Shown here: positions 39,406-48,070 of the stretch, piece after piece | Layout: each line of letters begins with the position of its first letter | Position numbering within the stretch: position 1 is the stretch's first letter | IMG/VR virus record: IMGVR_UViG_3300028833_000061 | Coordinates: 128,001-192,000 of that record | Source of the DNA: a virus | Taxonomy: Duplodnaviria; Caudoviricetes | Length of the DNA: 64,000 nucleotides | Direction: 5' to 3' (one strand) | Position numbers and translations under genes: made by a program | Notes under the pieces: model-generated | The model's input: the letters and a program-made list of their open reading frames with translations, nothing else | Told to the model about the DNA's origin: nothing | Databases searched by the model: none

Positions 39406-41277
39406 CTAATACGTGTAACCACCTTTTCTTCTTACCCCAGGGTCAAAATAATTTCCAAATTCAACACCCTTGGCCAATCCAGGTATAGGATTGGTACTAT
39501 GTATGTCTGACGTAGATCCATGCTGTGCGTCGTCTATCAGTCTCTGTTTCAAATACGTAGTTCCAAGCCTGGACACCCAATCTCTATCGGTACCGGTTGA
39601 TTTTACTATCGACTGCATGATTGGCATAACATCTATAGGACGATCGTTGGCCACGATGTCGTCTCCTACTCCAAACTTATCCAGGTCTTTAGCGACCCGA
39701 CGCGTTATCTTTGTGCCTATAGTGTAATGCAGCGCAGGCTGCTCAAGATACTTGCCTACAAGAGACGATGCCTTGCCACGCACAGAATCAGGTCTCGGCG
39801 AATATCCACGAGACCATGTAGTATACGTAGTGACATCTCCTGGCAGAAGCTTCCCCTCAGAATCCTCGTTCTCTATCTCGACGTGATTTACAAGTGCTCT
39901 TGCGATAGATTCAACGTTACGCCTATGCGCCGAATATCCAGAGTCGCGAATGGCCTGTGTGAATCTTTCTGCGAAATACCTGCGTCCTTCGCCTATACCC
40001 TTGTACTTCACGACGTCCTTAGGATCTAGCACTCCATCGGAAATCTGATCTCCTGCCTCAAGCTCATCTCCATTCTTAACAAGAAGAGAATATCCAGGCG
40101 CAACATAATGCTGTTCGCCGCCTATTACAACGTACTCTCCGCCCTGCGGTGCCTTCTCTATGGAATCTACAGTTCCATCCTTTTTCGCAACTACAGCTCT
40201 ATCAGGATAATTTTCAGGCACTGTTGTGAGTGCCTTTATCATATTAAAGCCCTGGTATTTGCCGGCGCCGCTAGTAAGGCGACCTGAATGCTTTGTTGAC
40301 AGACCAGCCTGTGCAATTCTCTCACTTATGGCGGAAGCCGCAGTAACACCGAGATTATAGCCAATCTCAGGAAACTTTCCGTTCTCTCGTATTCCTGCAC
40401 AGTGTGCGCAAATTCCGCTGCTTGCCTGACACGTGACAGGTGACCTCACGGCTATGTCTTTTACACCGTCCTTTACAAAATCCTGTATGGTTGCCTTCGT
40501 GATAACTTCGCCTGCCTTATGGCCACCGGCATCATATGCAAGTACCGATCCTATGTTGTCTTTGTCGGTAGCAGACACCGGCATGCCATACTTTGATCCG
40601 CAATCATCCTCTGTCACAACCTGATCTATGGCAAGAGAAGCCAACAGCTTTCCAAGTTCTCCTCCCTTTCGTGTCGCCTGTTTACCTGCGACAACACCGT
40701 TTCTGGCACCGTAAGAGCCAGCCCATAACTCAGCAGGAGAAAGCCCGTCAGCGTATGAATGCCTAATAAACATAGGTATCGGCTTGCCCTTGGTGTCGGT
40801 ATACACACCAGGAGAAGCAAGTAACGCTCCTAACTGAGCCTTGTTTCCTCTCGCCTTGGATTTTACCTGCATCGCGAAAGGGTTGTCATTCTTCAGTGCA
40901 GAATCATATGCACTGTCAAACATAAGACCAGTCATATCTGTATATAACTTGTCCAGAAGAGACCTCTTCTCGTCTTTTGATAACGACTTATCAGCAAGAA
41001 TCCTATTCTCCTGCTCGTCCATCATCTTGTAGACGGCAGACCTGTCAAACGGCGGAAGAGTATCTGACAGCCTAAGCGTTACTCCGCTTTCTACGGCTCC
41101 TCTGTTTCCAAGCTTAAGAAGCTTGTACGATATATCTTTGTATTTGTCCGGTTGCTCGTTTGCTATTTTCGACAGCAACTCGCTGATCCCGTCGGCACCC
41201 ATGACCCTTGTATAGTCACGGTACTCCGGCGGGATCGCATCATTTACGAATATCTGACCTACTGTCGTGCTTAGCAT
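39406..41277 (-). CDS. rpoC: DNA-directed RNA polymerase beta-prime, C-terminal half
   Basis: TTVGQ, SKARGNKAQL, bridge helix GARNGVVAGKQATRKGGELGKLL, EDDCG/RSPVTC/ICAHC Zn site, trigger loop SERIAQAGLSTKHSG. Confidence 0.93.
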   Translation of the reverse strand: MLSTTVGQIFVNDAIPPEYRDYTRVMGADGISELLSKIANEQPDKYKDISYKLLKLGNRGAVESGVTLRLSDTLPPFDRSAVYKMMDEQENRILADKSLSKDEKRSLLDKLYTDMTGLMFDSAYDSALKNDNPFAMQVKSKARGNKAQLGALLASPGVYTDTKGKPIPMFIRHSYADGLSPAELWAGSYGARNGVVAGKQATRKGGELGKLLASLAIDQVVTEDDCGSKYGMPVSATDKDNIGSVLAYDAGGHKAGEVITKATIQDFVKDGVKDIAVRSPVTCQASSGICAHCAGIRENGKFPEIGYNLGVTAASAISERIAQAGLSTKHSGRLTSGAGKYQGFNMIKALTTVPENYPDRAVVAKKDGTVDSIEKAPQGGEYVVIGGEQHYVAPGYSLLVKNGDELEAGDQISDGVLDPKDVVKYKGIGEGRRYFAERFTQAIRDSGYSAHRRNVESIARALVNHVEIENEDSEGKLLPGDVTTYTTWSRGYSPRPDSVRGKASSLVGKYLEQPALHYTIGTKITRRVAKDLDKFGVGDDIVANDRPIDVMPIMQSIVKSTGTDRDWVSRLGTTYLKQRLIDDAQHGSTSDIHSTNPIPGLAKGVEFGNYFDPGVRRKGGYTY

Positions 41278-41954
41278 TACCTAGCCGACCTGGCAACCGC
41301 TTTGTTGTAGAACGCGGCAACCTTGGCGGTAGGAACACCGCGCTGTACGCATCTGACGACGAATCCCTGTGTAAACGGATCCAGTCTTGCAAACATATCT
41401 TCAGCGCGTTTCTGTCTCTCTGCGGCGGATGCCTGCTTTTGCAGATTGCTTGCTGCAACGGCTGCTACGTACCTAGGATCGACGCCTCGTTCCTCGCAAC
41501 GCTTCACAAAACCAGCCTGGTATGCCCTTGTCTCTGTGCTGTTCATTTCTGATGTCTTCTCCTGCTCGTCATTCGAAGAGTCTTCGTTTTTCTTCTTTTT
41601 CTTGTTCTCCTCGTCTGCCACATGCTTATCATAGTCCTTGGCGTACCCTCTAAGGCGCTTATCCTCGAGATAGTTGACAAGCTTCGCCCATCCGGCACCA
41701 TTTAGCATTCCAGCTCCACCGCCAGCAAGGCCACCAACAACAGTTCCAGCAGGACCACCAGCCGACCCAATCATCGCCCCAAGAACACCGCCAAGCGCGC
41801 CATCCACTCCCATATTCCACTTATAGTTACTTGCACGACCGTTAAGATATCTCTCATAATCTGATGCGTCGTCGAACTCGGGCAAATTCAAGAGTCTTCT
41901 GGCGGCTGCATACTCCTCTGGTGTCAGTCTCTTAGCTTTCTTCTGCATGTGCAT
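41277..41954 (-). CDS. Glycine-zipper putative internal virion protein
   Basis: GALGGVLGAMIG..GGLAGGGAG; two GF(V)xRCxxRGV motifs; LQKQAS. Confidence 0.55.
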   Translation of the reverse strand: MHMQKKAKRLTPEEYAAARRLLNLPEFDDASDYERYLNGRASNYKWNMGVDGALGGVLGAMIGSAGGPAGTVVGGLAGGGAGMLNGAGWAKLVNYLEDKRLRGYAKDYDKHVADEENKKKKKNEDSSNDEQEKTSEMNSTETRAYQAGFVKRCEERGVDPRYVAAVAASNLQKQASAAERQKRAEDMFARLDPFTQGFVVRCVQRGVPTAKVAAFYNKAVARSAR

Positions 41955-41958
41955 TCTC

Positions 41959-42504
41959 CTAGCTTAAAGCGGACATGAGCATGTTCTTCAGATCCTTGAC
42001 CTCATCAGCCAAAGCCTGATTTCCGTTGTCAGGAGCAGGCTGTGCCTGAGGCTGTGCGGGTGCTCCGCCGTTTATCTTCTGAGCAAGCTTAGATATCTTG
42101 TCAAACGCAGCAAGAAGCTGTGAGAATGTCAGCTTGATGTATGGCTCACCTTCTGGAGACATCTCCTCTCCGCCAGCAGGCGGAGGTTGCATGCCTGCTG
42201 CAGCTGGGTCTCCTGCCGGAGGTGCAGGAGGCATACCTCCCTGAGGAGGCATTCCGCCACCCATCATTGACGGATCTATTGGCATTCCAGTGCTTGGATC
42301 AATCGGCATGCCCGTGCTTGGATCGACTGGCATACCCGTGGCCGGGTCAATCGGCATACCTGTGGCCGGGTCAATCGGCATTCCAGTTGCAGGATCTACC
42401 TGTTGTCCGCCACCCTGTGCGGCTGGATCTCCTCCTGCCGGAACAAAAGCCTGCTTCTTGAAGCCGGCTTTAACCTTAGCCAGCAAATCTTTGTCTAGAG
42501 CCAT
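41959..42504 (-). CDS. Pro/Gly-rich protein with DPxTGMP repeats and GFKKQA leader
   Basis: 181 aa; five DP(A/S)TGMP(I/V) units. Confidence 0.65.
   Translation of the reverse strand: MALDKDLLAKVKAGFKKQAFVPAGGDPAAQGGGQQVDPATGMPIDPATGMPIDPATGMPVDPSTGMPIDPSTGMPIDPSMMGGGMPPQGGMPPAPPAGDPAAAGMQPPPAGGEEMSPEGEPYIKLTFSQLLAAFDKISKLAQKINGGAPAQPQAQPAPDNGNQALADEVKDLKNMLMSALS
42272..42399. repeat. Degenerate 24 bp coding tandem repeat (DPATGMPI x5)
   Basis: Repeat units differ mainly at synonymous positions. Confidence 0.8.
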
Positions 42505-42513
42505 TTGTTGTCC

Positions 42514-43086
42514 TTACTTTTTGTATCTTATCACGTTAGACCGCTTCCTGCCGTCCTTGCTTAGTATCAGAAAAATAAATTCAGACGCAGCTGAACACTC
42601 GTTATTGTTCCAACCGCCGTATCCGTCCTTTATATTCTTCCAGCTCCTGGACGTCCTTGACGTTGAAATCCAATCCATCTTACCACATTTATAGATATTA
42701 TCAAACCTGTATCCGAAAACTGCCAAGGCTGACGCGTCGTTATCCGCAAGGCCCCATTCCTTAAGTGTTCTGCGAAATCTCGCTCTGGCCCACGCGTAAG
42801 AGAACTTACTGCCTACTGTGACTCTAAGATTTCGTATCTGCACTCCGGCGTGTTCTACCGCCTTCGAGCCGTCTACTCCGCCATACACCCATTTAAGCTT
42901 AGAAAAATCAACCTCGTCGCCCGACTTTTTGTTGTCATTTGCCGTGTCCGGGACAACAAACAGGTCCGCGTCTGGCTGCGTGGCATTTGACGTTTCTGGA
43001 TCAACGCCAAGCTTCTTCAGGATCCTGTTTATGAATCTCTGAAGTTCTTTCTTGATTTTATCTTTTAACTTGCTCATGGTGCTCAT
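42514..43086 (-). CDS. Hypothetical protein
   Basis: 190 aa, amphipathic basic N-terminus; real start may be ATG 43077. Confidence 0.6.
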   Translation of the reverse strand: MSTMSKLKDKIKKELQRFINRILKKLGVDPETSNATQPDADLFVVPDTANDNKKSGDEVDFSKLKWVYGGVDGSKAVEHAGVQIRNLRVTVGSKFSYAWARARFRRTLKEWGLADNDASALAVFGYRFDNIYKCGKMDWISTSRTSRSWKNIKDGYGGWNNNECSAASEFIFLILSKDGRKRSNVIRYKK

Positions 43087-43115
43087 ATAGTAACAGTTAA
43101 AAAAAGATTTAACAA
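43087..43115 (-). promoter_or_regulatory. Candidate sigma70-like promoter
   Basis: TTGTTA-17-TACTAT with TGn extension. Confidence 0.45.
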
Positions 43116-43122
43116 TATAAAC

Positions 43123-43560
43123 CTAAGCGACCATACGCCATCCAGGAAGACCATACTTGTCCGTCGCATCCTTTAGCACGTTCGCAACGAGATACAACTT
43201 CCACCTCTTCCACTGCCACCATCTGAATTTCTTTCTTGCTATAAGCCTTGTATTGTCCTTGAGCTGTTTATTCACAAGATGAAACTCATCCAACGTGCCA
43301 CCCTTGTAATACTTCAAATCGTGTATTGCAACAGCCTCCAGATCGTCTCGCAACAGACTAGACAATATATACCTTATATACGCAGGAAACCTGTCCGGTC
43401 CGACGCCGTTATACTGCTCTCTAAGAACTTCCTCAGGATAAGAATCAAAGATGTCCGCCCCACTCAGTCCGAGTGCTTTTGCAGATTTCACAAGATCCAT
43501 TATGTCTGGAAGCGGGCGGAGAGACTCCGCCTCTACGGTCGTTAGCTCAGAATTACTCAT
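43123..43560 (-). CDS. DUF1353-like protein
   Basis: NGVGP...AVAIHDLKY motif, basic Trp-rich C-terminus. Confidence 0.55.
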   Translation of the reverse strand: MSNSELTTVEAESLRPLPDIMDLVKSAKALGLSGADIFDSYPEEVLREQYNGVGPDRFPAYIRYILSSLLRDDLEAVAIHDLKYYKGGTLDEFHLVNKQLKDNTRLIARKKFRWWQWKRWKLYLVANVLKDATDKYGLPGWRMVA

Positions 43561-43612
43561 GCTGAAAAAGTATCACAGTAGCCAAAAAGAAGCAACAGCT
43601 TGCATTATAATT

Positions 43613-43647
43613 GAAACAGAACCTGGGCCGTAAAAGCCCAGGTTCTG
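43613..43647 (-). terminator. Hairpin / probable terminator after 43666..44856
   Basis: 12 bp perfect stem CAGAACCTGGGC/GCCCAGGTTCTG, short T tract. Confidence 0.65.
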
Positions 43648-43665
43648 CATCCGTACACCTACATA

Positions 43666-44856
43666 CTACGGTCTAGTCGATTCCTCGCCAAGCCCTATAA
43701 GAAGGCGAAGCTCCTCAGGTGTTAGCTTTCTTTTCTTGTTGCGAGAGCCTGTATCAACACCGTCTATCCCGCGAAGGAGCAAATAACCCTGTGGAGATAT
43801 CGAGCCCAGTGGAGCTGCGTTACCAGACGCAGACGTCTGCGGCTTACCCGCTGTCTCCTGAAGCTTCTTATACTGCTCGATTACCTGTCTTGCTTTCTCT
43901 TCTTCACGCAGTCTCTGAAGATCCGCCTCATCCTGTTCCTTAGCAAGCTGCTCCGCCTTTGCTTTCGATGCGAACGACTTGTCTGCCTCAGAGCCGGCCC
44001 TGAGCTTCTGAGACTGCTCCTGTGCGGCAAGTATTTGTCTGAGCAGCGGCGACATTGTTATGCCTGCTATTTCATCAGATCCGTTACCTGCCGTAGAGCC
44101 CCACAAAGGAACGTCAACTGTCTCTTTTACAATGCGACTTGGTTTAAAACCATCAGGAAATAGCTCACGCTGCTTAGCATTGGCTGCCTCTATAAGCTCG
44201 TTGTCATGCTTTATTTTGTTCGCCTTTTGAAGCCACTCCGCATACAGTTTCTTGTTCATCGCCGCTTCTCGTTTGGCGAGATTCCGATTCAGCTCAATTG
44301 CTCGATTATTAGCTTCTCTTACATCTTGGCCCATCAAATATCTCGTTGGATGAAGCAATCCACCATATGTATTTTGTCTTACCTCTTCCTCCGACATCAC
44401 AGGTGCTCTCTTAAGCTTTATAGGCTTAAAAGGCGGTGGATAGCTAATCAGTTCCTGATCTTTGACTTTTTCGCCTCTGACAGGATATGAAATGTTTACA
44501 GAAGCATTATTAAAACCGTTAGTTATGGAGGCTAAACCACCTGGAAGTGTAACAAATCTATCTGTAGCAAGCGGACCGGCAGCATCTGGAGGAAGTATGT
44601 GGTTGATCATTGCTGGATCAGACAGTCTGAATGTCACTGGCTCGGTAGACGACAGATCGTAAAAGCCGCTCTTAAGCTTGTCCTCCTCTTCGCCAGGAGC
44701 GAGACGTACTCCTCCTCCAAGAGGACCTGTTGGCCTGTCAAGACTGCTAGGAGATGTGTCCTCAGGTTTAAGCGGAAGGCCACCGGGCAGTACAACCATG
44801 TCGGCTGCCAACTTCCTCATCGCAGACACGAAGCCATTCTTGAAATTATTCGTCAT
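43666..44856 (-). CDS. Putative internal virion protein with MTNNFKxGF leader
   Basis: Begins MTNNFKNGFVSAMRKLAA; AGGAG RBS. Confidence 0.6.
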   Translation of the reverse strand: MTNNFKNGFVSAMRKLAADMVVLPGGLPLKPEDTSPSSLDRPTGPLGGGVRLAPGEEEDKLKSGFYDLSSTEPVTFRLSDPAMINHILPPDAAGPLATDRFVTLPGGLASITNGFNNASVNISYPVRGEKVKDQELISYPPPFKPIKLKRAPVMSEEEVRQNTYGGLLHPTRYLMGQDVREANNRAIELNRNLAKREAAMNKKLYAEWLQKANKIKHDNELIEAANAKQRELFPDGFKPSRIVKETVDVPLWGSTAGNGSDEIAGITMSPLLRQILAAQEQSQKLRAGSEADKSFASKAKAEQLAKEQDEADLQRLREEEKARQVIEQYKKLQETAGKPQTSASGNAAPLGSISPQGYLLLRGIDGVDTGSRNKKRKLTPEELRLLIGLGEESTRP

Positions 44857-44889
44857 GTTTACTCCTGTAGATGGATTAAATCTGTTTAA

Positions 44890-44916
44890 AGAATACCATA
44901 GCTAAAAAAAAAGCAA
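44890..44916 (-). promoter_or_regulatory. Candidate extended -10 promoter
   Basis: TTGCTT-15-TATTCT with TGG extension; similar element at 43569-43595. Confidence 0.35.
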
Positions 44917-44954
44917 AAGACTATTTATTATAGATGAGGAATTATGGAGGTGTT

Positions 44955-46193
44955 CTACCATTCTTTGTCTATATTCTTCTCGAGCCACCCGCCACGCTGA
45001 TGCCTGTTACCGTGCACCTTGTGCACTATATTCGTTCCGTTTATGTGATAGCCATTATAACCGAGATGGTCTCCCTCTGCAGGAATTACTCGAATACCAA
45101 TCCTCGTGTTGTTCGATATCACGATCTTCTTGCCGTTCTTAAGCCTAAGTACGATCTCGTCGTGGCCATCTGTCTTATCTGGAGTAAACGACTCGACCTC
45201 TCCTTCGCCAGACTCGTAGGTCTCACTCTTAGAGGATGCCTTCTTCTCAACGACCTTGTCGATGTTTCCTGAGCTGAAGCCCATGGACCCATACTTCTTG
45301 TTATCGAATTCAACGACGAACGACTTCCAGCCGTGCTTGTTTTCAGGGTCTATGCGCACGATCGTGCCTATATGGCCCTTCTGTTGGCATCTGATGTTGT
45401 CTGAAACCTTTACACGATCCCCGACTGAGAACGACTTCTCCTTTTCCTTCAGCTCATCCTCGGTAGGAAACTTTGAGTTCGGAAACAGCTTCTTTAGGTC
45501 GAGCGAAGAGGCCTTCTTCTCTGCCACGTTGTATACGAGCTTCCTGTAGCCTTTCGCGTTCTTCGGAGTGGCGTCCTCGAACCCTGCTGACAGGGCGGCC
45601 CGTATCGACGGTTCGTTGTCTGCGAACGCCTCCCACAATAGCCTTTTGACATTCTCCTTCCTGGCTTTCCTGACGGCCGCCTCCACCATGATCTTGGCTA
45701 GACCGTTTCCACGGGCCTCCGAAGAAACGGCAATTATATTGTGAGGAGGAAGTTTCCTGCCTCTCTTGTCCTTGCGCGAGTAAAACTCCTGGAACCCTAC
45801 GGGATCGCCTTTTCCGTCAACTACGACCTGCCTGTCGAACAGTATGTCGTCTGGTACCTTGCGAAGGAAGTCAGGATGTCTTGGAACAAGGTTTGCCCTG
45901 TCGTCGAAGTCAAGCTTGTCGAACACCTTGAGTGTGTCCTCGTACGTTGGATCCTTCTTGAGGCTATACGATTCGGCCTTCTTGCTCCAATCCTCGTACG
46001 GATCAGCTCCGTGTTCCAGCTCCCATTTTATCTGAGCTTCCCTAGCATTCCTTACTGCAGGATTGCCGTTGTTGCTTATGCCAGACGCACCGTCCGTTAC
46101 GATGAAGAAGTTCAGGCCTTGCTTCTTTGCAAGCCTGTTCACGGCGTCAACCAGCTTACGTGCCTTAATCAGCTTTTTCTCTTCCGGTGTCAT
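44955..46193 (-). CDS. Multidomain protein containing GNAT acetyltransferase and KOW/SH3-like domain
   Basis: GNAT motif A IAVSSEARGNGLAKIM and NEPSIRAALSAGF; FSVGDRVKV..GTIVRID..VVEFD; domains bounded by KKA motifs. Confidence 0.75.
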   Translation of the reverse strand: MTPEEKKLIKARKLVDAVNRLAKKQGLNFFIVTDGASGISNNGNPAVRNAREAQIKWELEHGADPYEDWSKKAESYSLKKDPTYEDTLKVFDKLDFDDRANLVPRHPDFLRKVPDDILFDRQVVVDGKGDPVGFQEFYSRKDKRGRKLPPHNIIAVSSEARGNGLAKIMVEAAVRKARKENVKRLLWEAFADNEPSIRAALSAGFEDATPKNAKGYRKLVYNVAEKKASSLDLKKLFPNSKFPTEDELKEKEKSFSVGDRVKVSDNIRCQQKGHIGTIVRIDPENKHGWKSFVVEFDNKKYGSMGFSSGNIDKVVEKKASSKSETYESGEGEVESFTPDKTDGHDEIVLRLKNGKKIVISNNTRIGIRVIPAEGDHLGYNGYHINGTNIVHKVHGNRHQRGGWLEKNIDKEW

Positions 46194-46498
46194 TAAAATC
46201 TAAACTGAAAGCCGGTAACAGGTGCTCCGCTTCCATGTCTTATGTTAAGCGCGTTCACCAAAGGTTTGAAAACCCACTGATTCCTCTGCAGCCAGTTAGG
46301 CTTTTTATAGTGCTCAAGTCCGGGAAGATCTGTTTCTTTCGGCGAATCAGACAAAGAAGCAGCAGAAGACACTGCCTGTAGTCCAGCTGTAGCTGGTGCG
46401 TGTCCTCCCATCCATACAGACGCGAAAGGCAGTGACAAATCTGGCTTCTGCTCTTCTGCCAGCTTGTCCATGAATCCGCGTTTAAAATTTTCCGTCAT
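46193..46498 (-). CDS. Small protein with MTENFKRGF leader
   Basis: Begins MTENFKRGFMDKLAEE; TAATG-coupled to the GNAT gene. Confidence 0.6.
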   Translation of the reverse strand: MTENFKRGFMDKLAEEQKPDLSLPFASVWMGGHAPATAGLQAVSSAASLSDSPKETDLPGLEHYKKPNWLQRNQWVFKPLVNALNIRHGSGAPVTGFQFRF

Positions 46499-46561
46499 TT
46501 TTAAAACCTTTATGCTACTATATCACATAAAGAGCAATTTTAACACACAAAGGGCCTGCAG

Positions 46562-47449
46562 ATGACAAACAACTTCAAACGCGGTTTTACAGACGCTATC
46601 AGCACAATGCAGAAACAGGCCGCACTATCGTGGCGCCCATGGAGGTGGGGCAAAAACAACGCAGAAACGGGAAACAAGTACAACTGGGGAGATTTATGGA
46701 CTGGGCTTGGGGCCGCCGGTGCCCAGACGATGAAAGCAATGTCTCGTGCCGGACACGATCTTGCTAGAGGCGCAAGTTCTCTTCTAGGGCAAAGTGACTG
46801 GGTTGATAAAATAAACAAATCCGAAAAATATACAGATAATTTCTGGAACGAACATACTCCTGGCGGACAGGACTCTGTAAACACATTTGAATACGACCCG
46901 GGTGCGAGACAGGCACTAAGAGCAACTGAATTGATAGGTGCTACTCTTCCTGGTGCGGTCGCAGGGCCATATGGTTTGCTTGCCACGACTGCTGCAACAA
47001 AGGCGGGAACAAGACCGGACACTGGAGTGAAGAGCATTTCTTGGGATGAAAACGGAAGACCTGTTCCTGAGCTAGTTAATGCGGATCCGGCGTACAAGGC
47101 CTGGGATAATGCAACCGGCTTCATGCCATATACGTGGGTTGGAAACCTCACAGGGGAGGTTAACAACGAGATGGCAGACTCAAACTCAGACAAATACTCG
47201 GCTGGCAATGTCGTTGGAGCCGGAGCAACCGGGCTTACCATGGGTGCCATCGATAGAGCGCTTCGATACGCTGGAAGAAAATGGCCAGCCTTAACCGCTG
47301 CCGGAGCAACTCTTGCAGGAGCAGGTACTGGAGCCTGGAGAGCAAAGCCATTCTTGCGCGAATGGAATGAAAATCTAGACACCCTACGTGGAGACGCAGA
47401 AACAGCGCGCCCCGACGTACTTCTGCACAGAACAAACCCTCAAAGGTAA
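46562..47449 (+). CDS. Putative internal virion protein with MTNNFKRGF leader and Gly/Ala-rich segments (only plus-strand gene)
   Basis: Begins MTNNFKRGFTDAISTMQKQAA, homologous to leaders of minus-strand neighbours; fills a gap lacking a plausible minus-strand gene. Confidence 0.7.
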   Translation: MTNNFKRGFTDAISTMQKQAALSWRPWRWGKNNAETGNKYNWGDLWTGLGAAGAQTMKAMSRAGHDLARGASSLLGQSDWVDKINKSEKYTDNFWNEHTPGGQDSVNTFEYDPGARQALRATELIGATLPGAVAGPYGLLATTAATKAGTRPDTGVKSISWDENGRPVPELVNADPAYKAWDNATGFMPYTWVGNLTGEVNNEMADSNSDKYSAGNVVGAGATGLTMGAIDRALRYAGRKWPALTAAGATLAGAGTGAWRAKPFLREWNENLDTLRGDAETARPDVLLHRTNPQR

Positions 47450-47480
47450 AAAAAGCCGACGATTTTTACGTCGCCGGCTC
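47448..47480 (-). terminator. Intrinsic terminator after lysozyme (between convergent genes)
   Basis: Minus strand GAGCCGGCGA-CGTAAAAA-TCGTCGGCTT-TTTTT. Confidence 0.8.
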
Positions 47481-47497
47481 TGTAGTTGTGTAGGCCG

Positions 47498-47947
47498 CTA
47501 AGTTTGCGTGGTTGTTTGAACCTTTTTTATCTTTTCAACGTATGGATCCGTAGATTTCTTTAGCCAGCCCTGAGGACCACCGTTGTGTATTCGAATAAGC
47601 ACTTCGATGGTTGCGGGTTTTCCTGTGCGACGAGTATATGCCGAACCGTACCGAGTAAGATACGCTCTTGCAACCTCATAGGACTTAGCCCTGTCCTTCA
47701 TGTCGTTCAGGGTATATGAAAGGCGGGAGTCGGTCAAGTAGGGCTGCTGGATCTGAAGGCAACCGACAGATAGCTTTCCGTTGGTGTCGGTGACGACCAC
47801 GTCGGTCCTGCCGTTGCTTTCAACAATAGCAACTGCATCGAGAAACGACGTCCAGTCGGCGTCGGTAGTCGGAATAGTCGAAAGGTCGATTCCGAAGGAG
47901 TTGATGACCATGCAGAACGCCACGACCATGGCTGCGAGTTTTTTCAT
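47498..47947 (-). CDS. Lysozyme, invertebrate-type/destabilase-like, with signal peptide
   Basis: AIVESNG (catalytic Glu), GCLQI..Y..D, YLTRY, RIHNGGP signature; MKKLAAMVVAFCMVINSFG signal peptide. Confidence 0.8.
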   Translation of the reverse strand: MKKLAAMVVAFCMVINSFGIDLSTIPTTDADWTSFLDAVAIVESNGRTDVVVTDTNGKLSVGCLQIQQPYLTDSRLSYTLNDMKDRAKSYEVARAYLTRYGSAYTRRTGKPATIEVLIRIHNGGPQGWLKKSTDPYVEKIKKVQTTTQT

Positions 47948-48070
47948 TTGTTTTTTTTTTGTTAAAAAGAATCACGGGCATCAGGAATTGATGTCCGCTT
48001 CTTTTTACCAGGTATCCAACCCGGCATTATATTATAACGCTCAAAAGTCTATTTTTATTCTTACGCAGCA

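Noticed and set aside
42272-42399. CRISPR-like array
   Set aside because: Contiguous 24 bp in-frame coding repeats without spacers; no CRISPR array, tRNA or rRNA seen in the window
47948-47961. Poly-T tract as a phase-variation switch
   Set aside because: Lies in an A-rich 5' UTR outside coding sequence; no evidence of variation from a single sequence
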